Assembly (NCBI GenBank): GCA_013333035.2
Contig: JABCPQ020000004.1
Coordinates: 1,757-65,756, forward strand
Length of the DNA: 64,000 nucleotides
DNA from: Clostridiales bacterium
GTDB lineage: Bacteria > Bacillota > Clostridia > TANB77 > CAG-508
Direction: 5' to 3'
Positions 56,300-64,000 of this stretch are shown piece after piece; the first letter of the stretch is position 1; each line of letters starts with the position of its first letter. The notes beneath the pieces are model-generated. The model was not told where the DNA came from, did no database searches, and saw only the letters and a program-made list of their open reading frames with translations. The translations under genes were made by a program, and so were the position numbers.

Positions 56300-58063
56300 A
56301 TGCTAAAATTATTTAAAAAATTCAGTAAAAAAGACATATTATTTATAATAATTTCAATAATTATGATAATAGCTCAGGTATATCTAGATTTAAAAACACC
56401 TGATTATATGTCTGAGATTACACAATTAGTAAAAACACAGGGAAGCCAAATGTCAGAAATTTGGAAAAACGGAAGTATGATGTTAGTATGTTCACTAGGA
56501 AGCCTAATATTAACAATAATAACAGGATATTTAGTAGCGAATGTAGCAGCAAATCTTTCAAAAAATATTAGAAAAGAGATATTCGAAAAAGTTGAAAGTT
56601 TAGGATTGCATGAAGTAAAAGAATTTTCAACGAGTAGTCTAATAACAAGAACAACAAATGATATATCTCAAATACAATCATTTGTTGCAATGGGATTACA
56701 AGTATTAGTAAAAGCACCAATTACTGCAATATGGGGAATAAGAAAAATCCTAAATAAAGGATGGGAATGGAGTGCAGCAACAGGAATAGCAGTTTTAGTA
56801 TTACTAATTGCAGTAGCACTAATTGTAGTTTTTGTACTACCTAAATTTAAAAAGATACAGAAACTAACGGATAAATTAAATGGAAAAGCAAGGGAAAATA
56901 TAACAGGAATAAGAGTTGTAAGAGCATTTAATGCAAGTAAATATCAAGAAGAAAAGTTTGATGCTGTAAATGCAGAGCTAACAGATACACAATTATTTAA
57001 TCAAAAATCATTCGCAGTAATGCAACCACTAATGTATATTGTAATGTATCTATTAACATTATCAATATATTTAATAGGAATTAAATTAATTAATGATGCA
57101 TTATTAGCAGACAGAATAGTAATTTTCGGAAATATGATAGTATTTTCAAGTTATGCAATGCAAATAATCATGTCATTCTTAATGTTAGTAATGATATTTA
57201 TAATGTTACCAAGAGCAGAAGTATCTGCAGGCAGAATTAAAGAAGTGTTAGAAACAAAAGATAGCATAAAAGATGGAAACAAAGGAATTTTAGATGTTAC
57301 AGAAAAAGGAACTGTCGAATTTAAAGATGTATCATTTAAATATCCTGATGCTTCAGAGTATTTATTGGAGAAAATATCTTTTAAAGCAAATAAAGGTGAA
57401 ACAGTAGCATTTATTGGTTCAACAGGAAGTGGAAAATCAACATTAGTAAACTTAATACCAAGGTTTTATGATGCAACAGAAGGTGAAGTTTTAGTAGATG
57501 GACAAAATGTCAAAGACTATACACAAGCAGAATTAAGAAATAGAATGAGCTATATTCCACAAAAAGCAATGTTATTCGATGGAACAGTAAAATCAAATAT
57601 TGTATATGGTGATAATGGAAAATCAAAAATAACACAAGACAAGATAGAAGAAGCATTAAAAGTAGCACAAGGTGAAGAATTTGTATTAAAAATGGATGGA
57701 AAATATGATGCAACAATATCACAAGGTGGAACTAATATTTCTGGAGGACAGAAACAAAGGTTATCAATAGCAAGAGCTATTGCAAGAAATCCAGAAATAT
57801 ACATATTTGATGATTCTTTTTCTGCACTTGATTACAAAACAGATAAGATATTAAGAAAAGCATTAAAAGAATATACTAAAGATGCAACAACACTAATAGT
57901 AGCACAAAGAATAGGTACAATAATGCATGCAGACAAAATTATTGTATTAGATAATGGAAAATGCGTAGGAATAGGAACACATAAAGAATTATTAAAAAAT
58001 TGTGAGGTGTATAAAGAAATAGCACTATCACAATTAACAAAGGAGGAATTAGAAAATGCCTAA
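56300..58063 (+). CDS. ABC exporter, fused permease/ATPase (heterodimer partner 1)
   Basis: 6 TM helices plus GSTGSGKST, ISGGQKQRLSIARA and IFDDSFSALD. Confidence 0.85.
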   Translation: MLKLFKKFSKKDILFIIISIIMIIAQVYLDLKTPDYMSEITQLVKTQGSQMSEIWKNGSMMLVCSLGSLILTIITGYLVANVAANLSKNIRKEIFEKVESLGLHEVKEFSTSSLITRTTNDISQIQSFVAMGLQVLVKAPITAIWGIRKILNKGWEWSAATGIAVLVLLIAVALIVVFVLPKFKKIQKLTDKLNGKARENITGIRVVRAFNASKYQEEKFDAVNAELTDTQLFNQKSFAVMQPLMYIVMYLLTLSIYLIGIKLINDALLADRIVIFGNMIVFSSYAMQIIMSFLMLVMIFIMLPRAEVSAGRIKEVLETKDSIKDGNKGILDVTEKGTVEFKDVSFKYPDASEYLLEKISFKANKGETVAFIGSTGSGKSTLVNLIPRFYDATEGEVLVDGQNVKDYTQAELRNRMSYIPQKAMLFDGTVKSNIVYGDNGKSKITQDKIEEALKVAQGEEFVLKMDGKYDATISQGGTNISGGQKQRLSIARAIARNPEIYIFDDSFSALDYKTDKILRKALKEYTKDATTLIVAQRIGTIMHADKIIVLDNGKCVGIGTHKELLKNCEVYKEIALSQLTKEELENA

Positions 58064-60056
58064 TAATAGAGGATTATCAACAAATCCAAATGACAAAGCA
58101 AAAAATTTCTCTGAGTCATTAAAAAGATTATTAAAAGAATTAAAAAGCTTTAAAATAATAATTATTATATCAATAATATTAGCAATATTTGGATCAATAT
58201 TTTCAATAATAGCACCAAAAAGACTAGCAAAATTAGTTGATGAAATATCAAAAGGATTAGTAGTAAATACACAAAATATTCAAGAATTAGAAAAACAAAT
58301 ATCAATAAATCAATTACAAAAAAATGTAATAATTGACGGAAAAGAAATTAGTGTACCAGATCAAATTAAAACAATGCAAGTAATGCAAACATTAAATCAA
58401 AGCAATGGAACTAATGCAAAAGACCTATATAGCAAAATTGAACAATTACCACAATCAGTTCAAGAAATAATAAAACCAAAAATGAATATAGAAAATATAA
58501 AGAAAATAACTATTATATTAGTAATAATTTATATTTTAAGTTCATTATTTACATATTTTGAACAATATTTAATGGCAGAAACTTCAAATAGATTCGCAGA
58601 AAATTTAAGAAAAAGAATTTCACAAAAAATTAATAAGCTACCATTAAAATATTTTGATAAGAATCAAACAGGAGATATTTTATCAAGAGTAACAAATGAT
58701 GTAGACACAGTAGCACAAACATTAAATCAATCATTAGCAACACTTGTATCAGCAGTGGTACTATTTTTTGGAACATTAATTATGATGTTTTATACAAACT
58801 GGATAATGGCAATAACAGCAGTATTATCAGTAATGTTTGGATTTATATTTATGGGATTAGTTTTAGCTAAATCACAAAAATATTTTGCAGCAAGACAAAC
58901 TGAATTAGGAAAGCTAAATTCACATGTAGAAGAAGTATATTCTAATTTAGTAGTAGTAAAAGCATATAATGGACAAAAAGAATCAAGTGAAAAATTTGAT
59001 AACTTAAATGAAAATGTATATGAAGCAAACAGAAAAAGTCAGTTTATATCAGGACTAATGATGCCAATGATGCAATTTGTTGGCAATTTTGGATATGTAG
59101 CAGTATGTATAGTAGGAGCATTATTAGCAAACAGTGGAAAAATTACATTTGGAGTAATAGTAGAATTTATGACTTATGTAAGATTATTTTCATCACCTTT
59201 ATCACAAATTGCACAATCATTTACAAGTATGCAATCAACAGCAGCAGCATCAGAAAGAGTCTTTGAATTCTTAGATGAAGAAGAATTACCAAAAGAAAAT
59301 GCTAAGGAAATATTAAATCCAGAAGAAGTTAAAGGAAATATATCATTTGAACATGTTTATTTTGGATATGATAAAACAAGAGATATAATTAAAGATTTCA
59401 CAGTAAACGTAAAGCCAGGACAAAAAATAGCAATAGTTGGTCCAACAGGCGCAGGCAAAACAACAATAGTAAATTTATTAATGAAATTTTATGAAATTAA
59501 CTCAGGAGATATCAAAATAGAAGGCATAAGTACAAAAGATTTAAGCAGAGAAAACATTGCATCATTATTTACAATGGTACTACAAGATACATGGCTATTT
59601 GAAGGAACAATACGAGAAAATATTGCATTTAATAGAGATAATTTAACAGATGAGGAAATATATGCAGTATGTGACAAAATAGGAATAACCCATTTTATAA
59701 AATCATTACCAGAAGGTTTAAATACTCAAATAAATGAAAATGATTCAATATCTGCAGGGCAAAAACAATTAATAACAATTGCAAGAGGAATGCTTGAAAA
59801 AACACCATTCTTAATCTTAGATGAAGCAACTTCAAACGTTGATACAAGAACAGAAGAATTAGTACAAAAAGCAATGGATAAATTAACAGAAGGAAGAACT
59901 TCGTTCATAATAGCACATAGATTATCAACTATTAAAAATGCAGATATAATTTTAGTAATGAACGATGGAAATATTGTAGAACAAGGCAATCATGAAGAAT
60001 TAATGAAAAAAGATGGCTTTTATGCCAAATTATATAATTCACAATTTGAATTATAA
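58056..60056 (+). CDS. ABC exporter, fused permease/ATPase (heterodimer partner 2)
   Basis: TM domain plus GPTGAGKTT, ISAGQKQLITIARG and ILDEATSNVD. 8-nt overlap with partner 1. Confidence 0.85.
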   Translation: MPNNRGLSTNPNDKAKNFSESLKRLLKELKSFKIIIIISIILAIFGSIFSIIAPKRLAKLVDEISKGLVVNTQNIQELEKQISINQLQKNVIIDGKEISVPDQIKTMQVMQTLNQSNGTNAKDLYSKIEQLPQSVQEIIKPKMNIENIKKITIILVIIYILSSLFTYFEQYLMAETSNRFAENLRKRISQKINKLPLKYFDKNQTGDILSRVTNDVDTVAQTLNQSLATLVSAVVLFFGTLIMMFYTNWIMAITAVLSVMFGFIFMGLVLAKSQKYFAARQTELGKLNSHVEEVYSNLVVVKAYNGQKESSEKFDNLNENVYEANRKSQFISGLMMPMMQFVGNFGYVAVCIVGALLANSGKITFGVIVEFMTYVRLFSSPLSQIAQSFTSMQSTAAASERVFEFLDEEELPKENAKEILNPEEVKGNISFEHVYFGYDKTRDIIKDFTVNVKPGQKIAIVGPTGAGKTTIVNLLMKFYEINSGDIKIEGISTKDLSRENIASLFTMVLQDTWLFEGTIRENIAFNRDNLTDEEIYAVCDKIGITHFIKSLPEGLNTQINENDSISAGQKQLITIARGMLEKTPFLILDEATSNVDTRTEELVQKAMDKLTEGRTSFIIAHRLSTIKNADIILVMNDGNIVEQGNHEELMKKDGFYAKLYNSQFEL

Positions 60057-60066
60057 AATAGTATCG

Positions 60067-60101
60067 GACAAACTCAGTATAAATGCAGAGTTTGTCTTTT
60101 T
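60067..60101 (+). terminator. rho-independent terminator
   Basis: Stem gacaaactc / gagtttgtc followed by T5. Confidence 0.65.
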
Positions 60102-60191
60102 ATATTATATAAAAGATAAATTAAAATATTTATAAAACTCTTTTGCAACTAATATAAAAATAATGTATAATAACACCGAAAAGAGGGAGAA

Positions 60192-61691
60192 ATGGAAGCA
60201 ACACTACAAATATTTATAAAAGCATTAAATAATTTTTTAAAACAAACAGAATATAAAGAGTATAAGGTAAGTGACAGACAATTCGTATATTTACTAGCAA
60301 ATAAATCAGTAGTATCAGTATTAATAAGAAAAGATTTAGGAAAAAATCATATCATAGTCGAAGAAATATTTGATACAGATGCAGAAAGGTCAGAATTGGA
60401 ATATTTCTGCAAAAAATATTATACAGAGTGGGTCACATTTTTTAGATTTGACGGAACAATTATGCAACAAAGAGCATTTAAAGGAGTTCCACAATTTGAA
60501 ACAATATTAAAGAAAATACCAGAATTAGAATTAGAAAAACGCTATAATGAGTGGCCAGGAATAAAAACTGAATTTATAGTATATAAATTAGAAGAATCAA
60601 ATAAAAAGGGTTATGCATTAATAAAAGCTCAAATGTTTGAAAAAGTAATAAATCCAGATGATATTGAAACAAGATTAATTGAATATATTAGAGAATCAAT
60701 TGATAAAGAAAGTTTCACAAAAGAAGGATATTTAATACATAATGGATTTATAGATATAATATTTGACAAAGAATTTGTAGAGATAATTCAAAATAGATAT
60801 TTAAATCAAATAAAAGATAGTGAAAAAAATATAAGATATCAAATACCGGATTTAATTAAATATACAATAGAAGATTACACAAAAGAAAAAGATTCAATTG
60901 ATATTTTTAATAAAGTTCATAATAAAAAATTTATAAGACAGGAAATGACACAAGGAAAGCCTGTTTATAAACCAGAAATACAACATATATTACCAAAATT
61001 TAAAGATAGAAATAAGGAATATTGTTATGTATTAGTAGAATATTTAGACAATCCAGAAAAACCACTATACTATATTTCAGAAGATTTTGAAATCAAAGTA
61101 GGAGATATTGTTTTAGTAGGATTTGCAGGATATGAAAGACTTGGAAGAATAGTATCTGTAGAAAAATATGACATATTAGATGTTCCATACCCTATAACAA
61201 AAACAAGAAAAGTAATAAGTAAAATGGAAGATTTTGCACAATTAAAAGAATATGGAGTACCAATACCAGAAGAATTTTTAGAAGACATTGAAGATGACGA
61301 TATAGAAGAATTTGAAGAAGATATGGAAGAATTATCAGAACATATAAATCAAACAAAAGAAGCATATCACGTCATAAAAGTAACTACAAAAACTAAACAA
61401 TCAGCAGATGAAATTACAATAGCTTTATATAAAAAACATTTAATAGCATCATCAAAGTTAACAATAACAGAATCAACATATATATGGCGTAACACTCCAA
61501 TAACAGAAGAAAGATATAAATTAGAAATGATATCAAGAGGAGATAAATTAAGTCAATTAAAATATGTGCTAGAAGAATTAAATGATAGAAAAAATTCTAA
61601 AATATTTGGAGCAGAAATGAATAATATACCTAATTATATGAAGGAACAAATAAACCAATATTTAGATGTTAAGAGTAATGGAGAAAAATGA
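60192..61691 (+). CDS. hypothetical protein (499 aa) with a CutA1-like C-terminal domain
   Basis: The C-terminal roughly 100 aa (VIKVTTKTKQSADEITIALYKKHLIASSKL..ESTYIWRNTPITEERYKLEMIS) follow the CutA pattern. The rest is unrecognised. Confidence 0.5.
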   Translation: MEATLQIFIKALNNFLKQTEYKEYKVSDRQFVYLLANKSVVSVLIRKDLGKNHIIVEEIFDTDAERSELEYFCKKYYTEWVTFFRFDGTIMQQRAFKGVPQFETILKKIPELELEKRYNEWPGIKTEFIVYKLEESNKKGYALIKAQMFEKVINPDDIETRLIEYIRESIDKESFTKEGYLIHNGFIDIIFDKEFVEIIQNRYLNQIKDSEKNIRYQIPDLIKYTIEDYTKEKDSIDIFNKVHNKKFIRQEMTQGKPVYKPEIQHILPKFKDRNKEYCYVLVEYLDNPEKPLYYISEDFEIKVGDIVLVGFAGYERLGRIVSVEKYDILDVPYPITKTRKVISKMEDFAQLKEYGVPIPEEFLEDIEDDDIEEFEEDMEELSEHINQTKEAYHVIKVTTKTKQSADEITIALYKKHLIASSKLTITESTYIWRNTPITEERYKLEMISRGDKLSQLKYVLEELNDRKNSKIFGAEMNNIPNYMKEQINQYLDVKSNGEK

Positions 61692-62521
61692 TAACAAAAG
61701 AAGAATTAAAAAGTAGGATAGAAAGACATTTTAGAAATAATAAAATTGATATTTTTATTAAATCATGTATAATAAATTATTTATTTGATAAAGCAAAATA
61801 TGAATCAAAATATATAGAAGAAAAAGCATTATTAAGTATGATTGATAAAAATATTTATAATTTATCAATAAATTTAATAAAAGTGATACAAATAAAGCAT
61901 AAAAAAGAAATATATATAGAGTATAATAAAGAGGCAAAGACATTATCATATTGTATAGTTCAGCAATTTAGAGGGATTCAAGAAAAAAACTTTGTATTAA
62001 CAGAATTTAAAGCAATGCTATATACAACTCTAGAAGAAATATCAAATTTATATTTGAAGAAAAATGAAATAGTATCAAATGGATTTTATTTAGGAAATTC
62101 ACCAAAAATAGAATCATTAGTAAATATATTTTCAGATTTAGAAGCTACATTATATCTTAATTTAGATAAAAGATATCAAATAAATTTAGATAATAGATAT
62201 TATATAATATCAAGACACATAAGTAATAATAGTGAAGTTCTAGGCTATGCAGAAATAATAAAAAAGCTAGTAGGTGAAAAATTCTATTATTATGCAATAA
62301 ATAATCCAAAACTTTATAGTGAAAAACTTAAAGAAACATTTACAAATAAATATGGAGATTTTGGATTAATAGAGAGTTATTTAGTAGCAATAAAACATGA
62401 ACAAAATATATCAAGAAAAATACAATATCATAAGCAAATATCTGAATTATTATATAGATATAGTCAAAAAGCAAATTTAAAAGATATAGAAATATATTTA
62501 ATAAACTATAAGGAGGAATAA
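61688..62521 (+). CDS. hypothetical protein (277 aa)
   Basis: ATGA overlap with the upstream gene. No motif recognised. Confidence 0.5.
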   Translation: MITKEELKSRIERHFRNNKIDIFIKSCIINYLFDKAKYESKYIEEKALLSMIDKNIYNLSINLIKVIQIKHKKEIYIEYNKEAKTLSYCIVQQFRGIQEKNFVLTEFKAMLYTTLEEISNLYLKKNEIVSNGFYLGNSPKIESLVNIFSDLEATLYLNLDKRYQINLDNRYYIISRHISNNSEVLGYAEIIKKLVGEKFYYYAINNPKLYSEKLKETFTNKYGDFGLIESYLVAIKHEQNISRKIQYHKQISELLYRYSQKANLKDIEIYLINYKEE

Positions 62522-63157
62522 ATGGATTATTTAATGACATTCATTGAAGGTATTGCAAGTTTTATATCACCATGTGTACTTCCAATGTTGCCAATATATA
62601 TATCATATTTTGCTGGAAAAGATGAAGAAAAGAAAAATAAAACATTGATAAATGCATTAGGTTTTGTCCTAGGGTTTAGCATAATTTTCATAATATTATC
62701 AATTTTTGCAAGCACATTTGGAAAAATGATAGCCAGCCATTTAAAATACATAAAAATAATATTTGGAATAATAATTATAATATTAGGACTAAATTATATA
62801 GAAATAATAAAGCTCAAATTTTTAAATAAGGAAAATAGAGTTAAGTCAAATGTAAAGAATCTAAACTTTTTTAAGTCATTAATTTTTGGCATGGCATTTT
62901 CAATAAGCTGGACACCATGTATAGGAACATTTCTAGCATCAGCACTATTGTTAATATCAAGCAAAAGTGAAACAATTAAAGGAATCTTATTAATAACATC
63001 ATATTCAATAGGATTAGGAATACCATTCATTATATCAGCACTATTGATAGATAAAATGAAAAAAGTATTCGACACAATAAAAAAACACTACAATATAATC
63101 AGAAAAATATCAGGAATAATACTAATAGTAATGGGAATTATAATGATATTTAGATAG
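62522..63157 (+). CDS. ccdA: CcdA/DsbD-family thiol-disulfide electron transporter
   Basis: FISPCVLPMLPIY and WTPCIG motifs, 6 TM helices, AGGAGG RBS. Confidence 0.8.
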   Translation: MDYLMTFIEGIASFISPCVLPMLPIYISYFAGKDEEKKNKTLINALGFVLGFSIIFIILSIFASTFGKMIASHLKYIKIIFGIIIIILGLNYIEIIKLKFLNKENRVKSNVKNLNFFKSLIFGMAFSISWTPCIGTFLASALLLISSKSETIKGILLITSYSIGLGIPFIISALLIDKMKKVFDTIKKHYNIIRKISGIILIVMGIIMIFR

Positions 63158-63165
63158 GAGAAAAA

Positions 63166-63594
63166 ATGAAAGAAAAAATAATATATATAGTATTAGCAAT
63201 ATTATTTATTGCAGTTTTAATAGGAATAAGTCTTGGAACAGGCAAAAAAGCAGAAAAAACAAAAGTTGAAGCGGCAAATTCAGTAATACCAGTAACATCA
63301 GCTAACTTCGAACAAGAAGTATTAAATTCGGATAAAAGAGTATTAGTAGACTTTTATGCAGATTGGTGTGGACCATGTAAAATATTGTCACCAAGAGTAG
63401 CAGAAATAGCAAATGAAAATAAAGATTTAAAAGTAGTAAAAATTAATGTTGATCAAAATGAAGACTTAGCAAGAAAATACAATATTTCATCAATGCCAAC
63501 ATTATTAGTTATAGAAAAAGGAAAAGAATTAAACAGAGCAGTAGGAGCACTAAGTAAAAGTAAAGTTTTAAAATTTGTAAGAGAAGCAAAATAA
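63166..63594 (+). CDS. membrane-anchored thioredoxin
   Basis: N-terminal TM helix, WCGPC active site and the thioredoxin fold pattern. Confidence 0.85.
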   Translation: MKEKIIYIVLAILFIAVLIGISLGTGKKAEKTKVEAANSVIPVTSANFEQEVLNSDKRVLVDFYADWCGPCKILSPRVAEIANENKDLKVVKINVDQNEDLARKYNISSMPTLLVIEKGKELNRAVGALSKSKVLKFVREAK

Positions 63595-63620
63595 AAATAC
63601 AAAGGCATAAATGGGAAATA

Positions 63621-64000
63621 TATGGATAAAAATAAAAAAAGGATAACAATAATTTTATCAATAGTAATTGTATTAATTATATTAATAGTTGCAAGTGTAA
63701 CAACAATTATTTTATTTAATAAAAAGAAAAAATCAGCAATAGAAGCTAAAACAGAATTAGCTAAAATTGTAAGCGAATTAGGAATTCAAGATAAAAACAT
63801 TGAATATGGAACAAACTTCAATTTAGCGAATTTCAAGATTCCTAATGATGTAAAAGTATTAATAGATGGTGAAGAAATAACAAACACATATACATTTAAA
63901 AATTTAGGAAAAACAGCTATTACATTTGAAAAATTAGATAACAAAGGACAAAAAGAAACAGAAACAATTAATGTAAATATAGTTGATACAAAACAACCAG
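63621..64000 (+). CDS. 5' part of a membrane-anchored protein that runs off the window and is not in the ORF track
   Basis: The frame is open from the ATG at 63621 to the window end: MDKNKKRITIILSIVIVLIILIVASVTTIILFNKKKKS...NVNIVDTKQP. Confidence 0.5.

Overview
This is a very AT-rich, gene-dense bacterial chromosome segment. Hand counts give roughly 15-30 % G+C in most stretches; nothing was computed. Strong GGAGG-type ribosome-binding sites, about 85 % of genes on the + strand and the gene content point to a low-GC Bacillota (Clostridia/Tissierellia-like) genome, but I cannot name a species.

The recognisable housekeeping backbone is uvrB, a cmk-plsC fusion, an S1-domain protein, typA/bipA, a TrmR-like O-methyltransferase, lexA, tdk, murB, a yvcK-like gene, a glycogen-debranching enzyme, holA, an RluA-family pseudouridine synthase, one tRNA-Gly(UCC), a UDG-family gene, a long thyX, ccdA and a membrane-anchored thioredoxin. 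Envelope and export functions are also present: YfhO, a processive GT2, a polysaccharide deacetylase, SanA, a Bce-like ABC transporter with an OmpR/HK pair, a NatAB-like ABC-2 pair, and a MarR regulator with a heterodimeric ABC exporter.

I saw no rRNA, CRISPR array, transposase, integrase or prophage structural genes.

The accessory or odd parts are:
1. A nine-gene single-promoter operon (5.7-13.8 kb) combining a NERD nuclease-like gene, a small acidic ORF, a zeta-toxin-family kinase, a Zn-ribbon/NTase-like protein, a PHP phosphoesterase and a CYTH-HAD fusion. This is my best candidate for an undescribed system.
2. A family of short PepF-like HExxH peptidase domains: one tandem-duplicated gene with a degenerate first site, plus a paralog wedged between the ABC transporter and its two-component system.
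3. A high-GC single-gene insertion (23.7-24.1 kb).
4. A two-gene minus-strand membrane islet (26.9-27.9 kb).
5. A decaying tandem array of membrane-anchored paralogs plus a 39-aa hydrophobic peptide next to the tRNA (48.7-51.1 kb).
6. Three disrupted genes: one in-frame TAA and two one-base deletions in A-runs.

All product calls come from motif recognition by eye. No database search or computation was possible, and coordinates I derived myself may be off by a base or two.
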